Assembly (NCBI GenBank): GCA_965237505.1
Contig: CBDEFR010000009.1
Span: forward strand, 1,900,776-1,964,775
Direction of reading: 5' to 3'
DNA from: Paracoccaceae bacterium
GTDB lineage: Bacteria; Pseudomonadota; Alphaproteobacteria; Rhodobacterales; Rhodobacteraceae
Length of the DNA: 64,000 nt
Notes under the pieces: generated by a model
What the model saw: the letters and a program-made list of their open reading frames with translations, nothing else
What the model was told of the DNA's origin: nothing
Database searches by the model: none
Part shown: piece after piece, positions 42,185 to 50,233 of the stretch
Layout: each line of letters opens with the position of its first letter
Numbering within the stretch: the first letter of the stretch is position 1
Program-made: the position numbers and the translations under genes

Positions 42185-43394
42185 GAGACCTCAGCATAAG
42201 GCCTCTTTTCCAGCTCGATATTACGAGTTCGGGATGGATTTCCAGTAAAATCGGATATTTGCGACTTTGAGGGTTGGATATGGTCAATTTGACGTAGTTT
42301 TATGTCCCATTTCCAGGTTTTGGCCGCACTTATCCAGCGCAACTCTGGTCGGGCAATCCGTAGAGTGTCAAGAATTTGGCCCCTTTGCGAACGTTATGAG
42401 CGATGGCTGCAATACCGTAGGCAGTCATATTCCTGGCCAACCCCATAAATCGTGTTCGGGCTAAGCCATAACGGCTTTTGTAAGTGGCAAAGGGCCGCTC
42501 GCCACCAGCACGAATAACAGCAATCTCATCATTGCGATTACGGTCATCATCCGACAGAGGTTTGTTACGGTAACCTTTGCGTTGCACCTGATCTGCAATG
42601 CCAAAACGTTTCAGTTTGTCACGCGTCTCCCGGGAACTGTAAGCCGCATCCGCGTAAAGGGCACTCTCATCGCCCAATAAAAGCGTATCGCGTTCGACGC
42701 TGTCATGCACATTACCCGCAGTGACTGTCTGGCGTTGAATGAAGCCGTCCTCATCCACACCCGTATGAACCGAGTATCCATAGGTGGATTTTAGATTACC
42801 ACGGCTGTCTTTCCTGACATGCCAGCCCGCGTCCTTATCGCGCTTTGGCTGACCATCTTTACCTTTGCTCGAGCCAGATTGTGCAGCCTCAACGGGGGTG
42901 GCATCAATGATGTTGATACGCCCTTCCGTCAGAATAATGTTCTTGGCCTCAAGCTGGCGGTTGATCTCCCCCAAGAGACGCTCCCACAGATCATGTTCAA
43001 CCAGTTGATTGCGGAACCGCCCCAGCGTTGACGCCTCCGGGACATCGCCGCCCAGTTCAAGGTGGCAAAATTTACGAAACAGCAGATCACGATAAAGGCA
43101 TTGCGACAGCTCAACATCCGATAATCGATACCACACCCCCAACAGCAAACCGCGAAACAAGGTCAAAAGTGGATAGCTTGGACGGCCTGTTTTTGAGGCA
43201 TAAATCGACGACAAAATTGGTTCGACCTTCGACCAATCCAGAACCGCTTCTGTGGCGTCAAGTGCATGAAGGGCGGGATGATCAAGCTCAGTGCTGGAAA
43301 CGAAAAGTTCGGGTTGGGTGATGAATGGTTTTTGCATAACCGAACCTAACAAATATTCTTGCCTTTGGGAATCCTCAAGTTATGCTGAGGTCTC
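42185..43394 (-). mobile_element. IS5-family element B, copy 2, complete (1210 bp)
   Basis: The terminal IRs are GAGACCTCAGCATAA (42185-42199 and inverted at 43380-43394). The direct repeat TACAT lies at 42180-42184 and 43395-43399. Confidence 0.85.
42330..43352 (-). CDS. IS5-family DDE transposase (340 aa), intact
   Basis: This is a full ORF (..GRPSYPLLTLFRGLLLGVWY...INIIDATPVEA...LYADAAYSS...). Copy 1 carries a frameshift relative to it. Confidence 0.85.
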   Translation of the reverse strand: MLGSVMQKPFITQPELFVSSTELDHPALHALDATEAVLDWSKVEPILSSIYASKTGRPSYPLLTLFRGLLLGVWYRLSDVELSQCLYRDLLFRKFCHLELGGDVPEASTLGRFRNQLVEHDLWERLLGEINRQLEAKNIILTEGRINIIDATPVEAAQSGSSKGKDGQPKRDKDAGWHVRKDSRGNLKSTYGYSVHTGVDEDGFIQRQTVTAGNVHDSVERDTLLLGDESALYADAAYSSRETRDKLKRFGIADQVQRKGYRNKPLSDDDRNRNDEIAVIRAGGERPFATYKSRYGLARTRFMGLARNMTAYGIAAIAHNVRKGAKFLTLYGLPDQSCAG

Positions 43395-43585
43395 TACATA
43401 GATATAATCGCCCTTCGGCAGGAAACCGCCGCGGTGGTAACCGGCAAGCCCAGGCGGCACGCAGGGCGGGTTCTTTTTCGCCAGACCCGGCGGGCAGTGG
43501 CGTTGAATGGATTGGGTTTGAAACCCTTGGCATTTGCGAGTGGCGCGACCATGGCGGCGGCAAGAATCAGCGGAAGAAGTTTCAT
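43395..43585 (-). pseudogene. 5' part of the RcnB-like gene (signal peptide, frameshift, CPPGLAKK motif)
   Basis: The signal peptide MKLLPLILAAAMVAPLANA is in one frame. ..HCPPGLAKKNPPCVPPGLAGYHRGGFLPKGDYIYV is in another. The family call is from memory of the CPPGLAKK..C.PPG motif. Confidence 0.45.
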
Positions 43586-43650
43586 TGTGGATCAGTCCAT
43601 TGTGGTTAAGTTTAAGGTTTTCAGTACGTAAGTCGGCATCGTTCATCAGA

Positions 43651-44430
43651 TCATGCGTCCAGTTCCACCCAAACGGGCACGTGATCGGATGGCCTTTCAT
43701 AGCCGCGAATCTGGGCATCAATTTGGCAATCTGTTAATAAGTCTGCACATTGCGGGGTCAACAGGAAATGGTCAATTCGGATGCCGTCGTTGCGTTGCCA
43801 GGCACCGGACTGAAAATCCCAAAAGCTGTAATGCTCACCACCTTGGGTGCGGGCGCGGAAGGCTTCGGTGAATCCAAGGTTCAGAATCCGTCGAAAGGCG
43901 GCGCGGCTTGCGGGCAGGGCAAGCGCGTCCTTTTGCCAGGCTTCGGGGCGCGCGGCGTCGATATCCTGAGGGATTATATTGTAATCCCCAGCCATTAGCG
44001 CCGGTTCCTCATCGCTTAACAAATCCTTAGCGCGCGCAAATAACCGTTCCATCCAGGCCAGTTTATAGTCGTATTTCGGCCCCGGAACCGGGTTACCGTT
44101 TGGCAGATACAGGCCGCAGACGCGCACCGGTTTTTCGCCGATCACCGTTGCTTCGATCCAGCGGGCCTGTTCGTCGCTGTCGTCACCGGGCAGGCCCCGA
44201 ACCACATTTTCCAGCGGAGTTTTCGACAGGATCGCCACGCCGTTGAACGACTTTTGTCCATGAGTTTCAAGGTTGTAGCCGCGATCTTCAAACATGGCGC
44301 GCGGAAAGTTCTCGTCGATCGACTTGATCTCTTGCAACAGCACGACGTCTGGTTTGGCCTCGTCTAACCAGGCCGGAAGCGCCTGGGCGCGGGCTTTGAT
44401 GCCGTTTATGTTGAAAGTGGCGACTTTCAT
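43651..44430 (-). CDS. xthA: Exodeoxyribonuclease III
   Basis: MKVATFNINGIKAR...LLQEIK...SDHVPVWVELD. Confidence 0.9.
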   Translation of the reverse strand: MKVATFNINGIKARAQALPAWLDEAKPDVVLLQEIKSIDENFPRAMFEDRGYNLETHGQKSFNGVAILSKTPLENVVRGLPGDDSDEQARWIEATVIGEKPVRVCGLYLPNGNPVPGPKYDYKLAWMERLFARAKDLLSDEEPALMAGDYNIIPQDIDAARPEAWQKDALALPASRAAFRRILNLGFTEAFRARTQGGEHYSFWDFQSGAWQRNDGIRIDHFLLTPQCADLLTDCQIDAQIRGYERPSDHVPVWVELDA

Positions 44431-44610
44431 GGGGTTCCAGGGTGCGAACTTTAAAGACTTTAAAGTTTTTTAGCCCCCTACTTGCAAGTCTTTAAAGTTT
44501 TTGCGAGCCCGATTTGCAATTTTTCGCGGTAAGCACCTTGTATGTTAATCGCATTTACATATCTGTGGCTGACAGGCCAAAGAGCCTGCTATTTTGATAA
44601 GGGTGGAAAA

Positions 44611-45383
44611 ATGAAAATCTCGCAAGTGACGACCGCAGCATATCTGGCCGGCGCGACGACCTTGGCGGTGTCGCTGCCGGCGTTTGCTGAGCAGCGCAGC
44701 TACGATCTTAGCGGTTTTAATGGCGTCGCGATCTCGTCGGGCCTATCCGCCGAGGTCGAGATTGGTCCTCAGTTTACGGTAACGGCCGAGGCCAGCAGCC
44801 GGCGAACCCTGAACCGGCTGGATATCCGGGTGCGGGGCGACACGCTGATAGTGGAGCGTGACAGCAGCTGGCTGGATTTTTCACTGTTTTCGGCGCGCCG
44901 TGACGCAACGATCAGAATCACCTTGCCGGACTTGAAATTAATCCGCGCAGTGCGGGATCGGACGTTTATGTGTTCGGGACATATGGCGACAGCCTGCGTG
45001 CCGAAGTCAGCAGCGGCGCTGATCTGGACCTTGACAATGTAAGCGGCAAAAACCTGCGCTTTGAGGCGTCATCCGGGTCTGACCTGCGCGCCGAAGGTGA
45101 GTGTGAGTCGCTGCACGCAACAGCGTCATCCGGGTCTGACCTGCGCGCCGAAGGTGAGTGTGAGTCGCTGCACGCAACAGCGTCAAGCGGGTCCAACATT
45201 CGGGTCGACGCACTGGTGTGCACAGAGATTGAGGCGCGCGCATCCAGCGGCAGCGACATCAGTGCGCACGCCACCGAAGCGGCGACCGCGCGGGCATCAA
45301 GCGGTGGCGATGTGCGGATATCGGGCGACCCAAGTATCGTTGAGAAATCTGAAAGCAGCGGTGGCGACGTGCATTTGAATTGA
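44611..45383 (+). pseudogene. GIN-domain (DUF2807-like) beta-helical protein, frameshifted
   Basis: A signal peptide and first repeats lie in one frame up to ..ITLPDLKLIRA. The remaining SSGSD/SSGAD repeats are in the -1 frame from about 44943. The shift maps to 44941-44952. Confidence 0.7.
45066..45179. repeat. Perfect 2 x 57-bp in-frame tandem duplication inside the GIN-domain gene
   Basis: 45066-45122 equals 45123-45179. This encodes ASSGSDLRAEGECESLHAT twice. Confidence 0.95.
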
Positions 45384-45475
45384 TCAGCAGACCAGCGTAC
45401 AAAAGTTTTCCACGCAAGCGCATTTATTTGGCCAATTCCGGCGATCGCAATGCACTGATATTTTGCGTCGGCAAT

Positions 45476-46309
45476 ATGGACAGATTGATGCGCTGTACGA
45501 CGGAAGAATTGGCACAGATCGAGCGGTTCGAGTCAGTCTATGCGCGATCCCAGGATCCAACGATGCTGGCGATCGAAACACAGGTTTGCGGCTGTAATTT
45601 TGGCGGCAATGGCTGGACCACTAAGACCCAAGCCGACGACCTGATAAAGCATTTGCAACTTCGATCTGGGCAGCGGCTGTTGGACCTTGGGGCGGGGTCT
45701 GGCTGGCCGACGCTGTATTTCGTCATAAACACCGGTTGCGACGCGGTCCTTGTTGATTTGCCCAAGGCCGGTTTGCGCATTGCAGAAGAACGCGCCGACA
45801 AAGAAGGCATTTCTTCAAAAATCAAGACAGTAGCAGCGGATGCGTCGGAATTGCCATTTGATGCTGGGACATTCGATGCGATCAGTCACACCGACTTGTT
45901 GTGTTGCTTGGAGCGAAAGCGCGCCGTTTTGGCCTGCTGTCGCAAAGTTATTCGGCCCGCTGGCCGTATGGCATTTGTGGCCATCTCAGTCGCGCAGGGG
46001 CTTTCACAAAGCCAGCAGCGGCGCGCGATATTCAACGGGCCGACATTCGTTGAAAGTGACCAGGATTACCCCACGATGCTGGATGAGACTGGGTGGTTAA
46101 TTTCAAAATATTTCGATATTTCCAAAAGTTATGCGAATCTGTTGAGTGCTCAAATACGGGCCGAAACAGACCACGAAGAAGGCTTGGCCGGCCTTGTCGG
46201 TCGCGCTGATTACGAGCAGCGTATCGCGGGTTGGCGCGGTGAATTCGAAGCCGTGCGCGACGGCTTATTGTTGCGCGAACTTTTCGTCGCCGAGCCGAGC
46301 GCAGGGTGA
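45476..46309 (+). CDS. Class I SAM-dependent methyltransferase
   Basis: It has the LLDLGAGSGWP motif I and a Rossmann-fold pattern. The start was chosen at MDRLMRCTTEE. Confidence 0.7.
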   Translation: MDRLMRCTTEELAQIERFESVYARSQDPTMLAIETQVCGCNFGGNGWTTKTQADDLIKHLQLRSGQRLLDLGAGSGWPTLYFVINTGCDAVLVDLPKAGLRIAEERADKEGISSKIKTVAADASELPFDAGTFDAISHTDLLCCLERKRAVLACCRKVIRPAGRMAFVAISVAQGLSQSQQRRAIFNGPTFVESDQDYPTMLDETGWLISKYFDISKSYANLLSAQIRAETDHEEGLAGLVGRADYEQRIAGWRGEFEAVRDGLLLRELFVAEPSAG

Positions 46310-46383
46310 GTGCGCTCAGTCGTTTGCGACGAGTTGCCAAGGCTCGGCCTGTTGTTGATTTTTCGGAAATTTTGCGATGGTCT

Positions 46384-46403
46384 GCGGGCTGAATTCAGCC
46401 CGC
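46384..46403. terminator. Perfect palindromic hairpin between convergent genes (no U tract)
   Basis: GCGGGCTG-AATT-CAGCCCGC. Confidence 0.4.
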
Positions 46404-46416
46404 TGCACTTAAAGAT

Positions 46417-46908
46417 CTAACAGCAACCGGCGGTCTGCGTCATGGGTTCGCCGCAGCAAGCCTGCATACTGACACCGGCCTTTCGGTCTTCCGCCGGTTT
46501 GCACTTGGCGCCAACTTCGTGAAGCAAAATCACCACGCGGTTCGGCTCTGCCATGACCGCGCCGATCGTATATCGCCGCAAACCGTCATTGCCCGGTGCA
46601 TACTCCACATATACTGGCGCATCAGCCAGGCCCGGCAGCTTTTTGGCAGAATGGTTTGCGATGCTTTTGAATTTTTGCAGGCTCATGTGCCGGCCACTCT
46701 GGCCATCCAGAAGTTGCAGATGTGTTTCGGTCCAGTCGTCCATCCGGCCACCGCAATCGATGCTCTGAATCGCCGCCAGCTTGAGTTCGGTGACGTGGAA
46801 ACCGCCGCCGATCTCGCCTTGGCTGGTCTTGAATACGGTGTCGCCATTGGGGTTTGCCATTTCAAGCTCAGAAAGGATCTCGTTTAGAGTTGTCGTTGTA
46901 AGTGCCAT
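46417..46908 (-). CDS. Uncharacterised 163-aa protein with a C-terminal vicinal-cysteine tail (..QACCGEPMTQTAGCC)
   Basis: This is a clean ORF divergent from arsR. I cannot assign a family with confidence; it may be a DUF6428-type protein. Confidence 0.6.
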   Translation of the reverse strand: MALTTTTLNEILSELEMANPNGDTVFKTSQGEIGGGFHVTELKLAAIQSIDCGGRMDDWTETHLQLLDGQSGRHMSLQKFKSIANHSAKKLPGLADAPVYVEYAPGNDGLRRYTIGAVMAEPNRVVILLHEVGAKCKPAEDRKAGVSMQACCGEPMTQTAGCC

Positions 46909-46926
46909 GTCGTAAGGTCTCCTTAT

Positions 46927-46954
46927 ACTTCAATGTCTCAAGAGTTATTGAAAT
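46927..46954. promoter_or_regulatory. Candidate ArsR operator: inverted repeat ACTTCAAT-N12-ATTGAAAT
   Basis: It lies in the 46-bp divergent intergenic region and ends 1 nt before the arsR ATG. Confidence 0.45.
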
Positions 46955-47281
46955 ATGAATGAAAGTCAAGTCATCAGGGCCCTGGCCGCACTTTCGCAGG
47001 AAACCCGGCTGCGGATACTAAGATACCTTGTAACCAAGGGAGCGACCGGCGCGTCAGCGGGCGAGATCGGGCAAGCTGTCGACGCGTCTTCATCACGCAG
47101 TTCATTTCACCTGTCAGCGCTGTCCAGAGCCGGATTGATTGTGTCGACGCGCCGGTCGCGCAGCATCATCTACCGGGTCGATTTCGGCGCGGTTGGCGCG
47201 ATGATCGGTTATCTGGTCAGGGACTGCTGCAAAAGCCACGCAGATGTGATCGCCTGCTGCACCGATGTGGATTGCTGCTGA
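46955..47281 (+). CDS. arsR: ArsR/SmtB-family metalloregulator with a C-terminal Cys-rich tail
   Basis: The winged-helix core is ..LSQETRLRILRYLV...SFHLSALSRAGLI... It has no ELCVCDL site, and the tail is DCCKSHADVIACCTDVDCC. Confidence 0.75.
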   Translation: MNESQVIRALAALSQETRLRILRYLVTKGATGASAGEIGQAVDASSSRSSFHLSALSRAGLIVSTRRSRSIIYRVDFGAVGAMIGYLVRDCCKSHADVIACCTDVDCC

Positions 47282-47327
47282 TTAATTGAGGCGCTTGCGC
47301 GCCGCGGGAAATTGATTGCGCCGAAGG

Positions 47328-48517
47328 CTTACCACCATTCAAAAAATCCAAACTTGCCATAATTTAGGGATTTTCTCATATCCTATGAAGCATCTGCGCA
47401 GGAACCGCAGGCCCTGTTTGAAGAGGGAGCAGAGTGATCTTCGGGTTTTGCGAATCCCCTTTTTTCGCCGCTTTCGGCGACTATTTGTTCATCTGCTGCG
47501 CCCGTTGAAACCGCCCAGTACATGGCTATTGCCATGACAAGGATAAGCCTTTCCAGTCGGTCTGGCTTTTTGATTTGGCTTTGCGCGATGCCAAATCCAC
47601 GGGTCTTGAAGTCCGAGAACATAGCTTCAATACCCCATCGCATTCCATAATCGAGAACCGTGCATTGTGAAGGCTTTGCATTCATAGCGATGATCCAGGG
47701 CTCAGGGTGACCATCGTCGTGCAATACTCCGATATTCGTAAACACACCTGATCCATAAAGTTCCGCGTTTATAAGCCCTTGCGGCATCAGCTCCCTGATT
47801 TCAATGCAAGACAGCTCGCCACCTTGGTGCTGCAAAGTCAGGTTGCCCTTCAGGCGAATACGATATCCCCAACCAGCGTCCTGACACCAATGGATTAACC
47901 TTTCTGTGTCATAAAATCGATCACCCGTTAACATGACATCAGCCCCTTCAGGCATCCAATCCTGAATGCTGTCCAGTAACTCTTTTTGGAGAGAAAACCC
48001 AATATTGCCTTTTGTCTTGCGCACGCGCCAAGCCACAGGCAAGGCGCGATCACGCATGCGCACTGACAGCATCAAGACTTCATGTCCGTCATTGATAGGG
48101 CTTTGATCCATCATCAAAACGATGGTCTCTCCGTTGGAGGCCAAACGGGTGAATACATCTCCAGCATAGGCCTGCATGATTTCCGCGCAATCAATGTGGG
48201 AATTGCTCAAAACACGGGAACCATACTGGTACCGATGATCTTTTGTGCCAATGTGACGCGGTAAAGTCGCCGATAATTCCATCAAATTCGCACTTCGCAC
48301 ATCAAGAACGATGCTCGAAAGCAGTGTAAGGCCTTCGCAGCGGGATTTATGAAACTTTGGAAGCCGCTCTATAAAATCAGCCTTGATAGCTTCGTTTACC
48401 CCAGAAAAACCCAATGAAACAACCATACAACATCTCCAATTCTATAACAGGAGACTCCTTGAATCACAGCATGTGGACAGATGGCAAGCTTAATTCGCTA
48501 AATTGAAGGGTGATAAG
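47328..48517 (-). mobile_element. IS4-family element, copy B (1190 bp)
   Basis: It is near-identical to 3416-4605. The 9-bp direct repeat CGCCGAAGG lies at 47319-47327 and 48518-48526. Confidence 0.9.
47383..48426 (-). CDS. IS4-family DDE transposase (347 aa)
   Basis: It differs from copy A at 3 residues (H->P, G->D in ..DRFYG/D.., Y->C). Confidence 0.85.
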   Translation of the reverse strand: MVVSLGFSGVNEAIKADFIERLPKFHKSRCEGLTLLSSIVLDVRSANLMELSATLPRHIGTKDHRYQYGSRVLSNSHIDCAEIMQAYAGDVFTRLASNGETIVLMMDQSPINDGHEVLMLSVRMRDRALPVAWRVRKTKGNIGFSLQKELLDSIQDWMPEGADVMLTGDRFYDTERLIHWCQDAGWGYRIRLKGNLTLQHQGGELSCIEIRELMPQGLINAELYGSGVFTNIGVLHDDGHPEPWIIAMNAKPSQCTVLDYGMRWGIEAMFSDFKTRGFGIAQSQIKKPDRLERLILVMAIAMYWAVSTGAADEQIVAESGEKRGFAKPEDHSAPSSNRACGSCADAS

Positions 48518-48543
48518 CGCCGAAGGCGTTCAATTTGATTATG

Positions 48544-48885
48544 TTACATCGAAAACGACGTTCCGCAGCCGCAGCTGGATGTCGCGTTCGGATTATCGAC
48601 CACAAATCGTGCGCCGATAATTTCGCGCGAAAAATCGATGATTGCGCCCCCCAGAAACGGCAGCGAAATCGAGTCGAGCACGACTTTTTGCCCGTCGCCT
48701 TCCAGGATCAGGTCATCGTCGGCCGGATCATCGAGCTTGATGTCATATTGAAATCCGGAACAGCCACCGCCTTCCACCGCGACGCGCAGCGCCTTGGCCT
48801 CACCTGTACTGGCGTTGATCTCGGCCAAGCGTGCAAAGGCACGCGCGGTGACTTGCGGGGGCAGGGTCAGGTCCATCAATCGCAA
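48544..48885 (-). CDS. erpA: Iron-sulfur cluster insertion protein (HesB/IscA/ErpA family)
   Basis: ..GGGCSGFQY... and a C-terminal ..SCGCGTSF. Confidence 0.75.
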   Translation of the reverse strand: MRLMDLTLPPQVTARAFARLAEINASTGEAKALRVAVEGGGCSGFQYDIKLDDPADDDLILEGDGQKVVLDSISLPFLGGAIIDFSREIIGARFVVDNPNATSSCGCGTSFSM

Positions 48886-48957
48886 CCAGACGTTTCATTT
48901 TTTACACAAAGCCAATATATGGGGGACGGGACGCAACGACAAGACAAGGCAGGAAAT

Positions 48958-50097
48958 ATGTGCAAACGCTATGCGTCCGATCCGGCGCAAAGCCGCGGGC
49001 GGCAGTTTGACGAAGTGATCAGCACGTTTCGCAGCCCGTTTCAGCGTGATCGGGACCGGATCATCCATTCCAGCGCCTTTCGGCGTCTGAAACACAAGAC
49101 CCAGGTGTTTGTGGAACACGAGGGCGACTATTACCGTACCCGGCTGACCCACACGATCGAGGTGGCGCAGGTGGCGCGCACGATTGCCGGGGCTTTGGGG
49201 CTGAACCAGGAACTGGCCGAGGCGGTGGCGCTGGCCCATGATCTGGGGCATCCGCCGTTTGGACACACCGGTGAAGATGCTTTGTGCGTTCTGATGGCGC
49301 CTTACGGTGGGTTTGACCATAATGCCCAAGCTATTCGCATTCTGACCCGGCTGGAGCGGCATTACGCGGATTTTGACGGGCTGAACCTGAGCTGGGAGAC
49401 GCTGGAGGGGATTGCCAAGCATAATGGGCCGGTGACGGGAGACATTCCCTATGCACTGGCGGAATTCAACGGCGTCTATGATCTGGAACTGGACACCTAC
49501 GGCAGCGCCGAGGCGCAAGTGGCGGCGTTTTCCGATGATGTGGCGTATAACCACCATGATCTGCATGACGGGCTGCGGGCCGGGCTGTTTGACGAGGCCG
49601 ATCTGATGGAATTGCCAGTGACGGGCCCGGCATTTGCTGAAGTTGACCGGCTGTATCCGGGGCTTGAGGGCATGCGGCGGCGCCATGAAGCGCTGCGCCG
49701 GGTGTTCGGGGTGATGGTCGAGGATGTGATCGCCATTGCGCGGTCGCGTCTGCAGGCGGCCGATCCGAAATCGGTGGATGATATTCGTGCATTGGGTAAG
49801 CCGATGATCCGGTTTTCAAAAAAGCTGTTCATGGAGCTCAAGGCGATCAAGGGGTTTCTGTTTCAGCGCATGTATCGCGCCCCAAGCGTGATGGCGGAGC
49901 GCGCCCGGGTGACGCGGGTGATCGAAGAGCTGTTTCCGCTCTATATGTCGCGCCCTGATCAATTGCCAAGCGAGTGGCGCGCGGATGTGGACGGCGCGGC
50001 GGGCGAAACGGCGCTGGCGCGGATTGTGCTGGACTATGTGGCCGGGATGACCGACCGGTTTGCGTTGCAGGAGCACGGGCGGTTGCAGGGCGATTGA
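48958..50097 (+). CDS. dgt: dGTPase-like HD-domain triphosphohydrolase
   Basis: ..RSPFQRDRDRIIHSSAFRRLKHKTQVF...RLTHTIEVAQ...HDLGHPPFGH. The start codon is uncertain; the alternative is 48919. Confidence 0.85.
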   Translation: MCKRYASDPAQSRGRQFDEVISTFRSPFQRDRDRIIHSSAFRRLKHKTQVFVEHEGDYYRTRLTHTIEVAQVARTIAGALGLNQELAEAVALAHDLGHPPFGHTGEDALCVLMAPYGGFDHNAQAIRILTRLERHYADFDGLNLSWETLEGIAKHNGPVTGDIPYALAEFNGVYDLELDTYGSAEAQVAAFSDDVAYNHHDLHDGLRAGLFDEADLMELPVTGPAFAEVDRLYPGLEGMRRRHEALRRVFGVMVEDVIAIARSRLQAADPKSVDDIRALGKPMIRFSKKLFMELKAIKGFLFQRMYRAPSVMAERARVTRVIEELFPLYMSRPDQLPSEWRADVDGAAGETALARIVLDYVAGMTDRFALQEHGRLQGD

Positions 50098-50137
50098 GTT
50101 ATCCGGATTAGGAATTTTGCGCCGTCTTTGACGGCGC

Positions 50138-50170
50138 GCCGTCGGCGAGAGTATTTCTGCCAAGAAGACG
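50138..50170. repeat. Forward copy of the dispersed repeat (GCCGTCGGCGAGAGTATTTCTGCCAAGAAGACG)
   Basis: It lies directly after the hairpin GCGCCGTC-TTT-GACGGCGC, downstream of dgt. Confidence 0.6.
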
Positions 50171-50233
50171 CGGTGGCGTTGACCTTGACCGGTTGCGTGC
50201 TACACCCGCGCGAACAGTTTTGGGAACGTCGAG

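Noticed and set aside
44449-44465. The adjacent TTAA elements in the CTTTAAAG repeats considered as a CtrA box (TTAA-N7-TTAA).
   Set aside because: The TTAA start-to-start spacing is 9 nt, not 11.
45066-45179. The 57-bp perfect repeats considered as a CRISPR-like array.
   Set aside because: There are only two units, directly adjacent with no spacers. They are in frame inside a repeat-protein gene.
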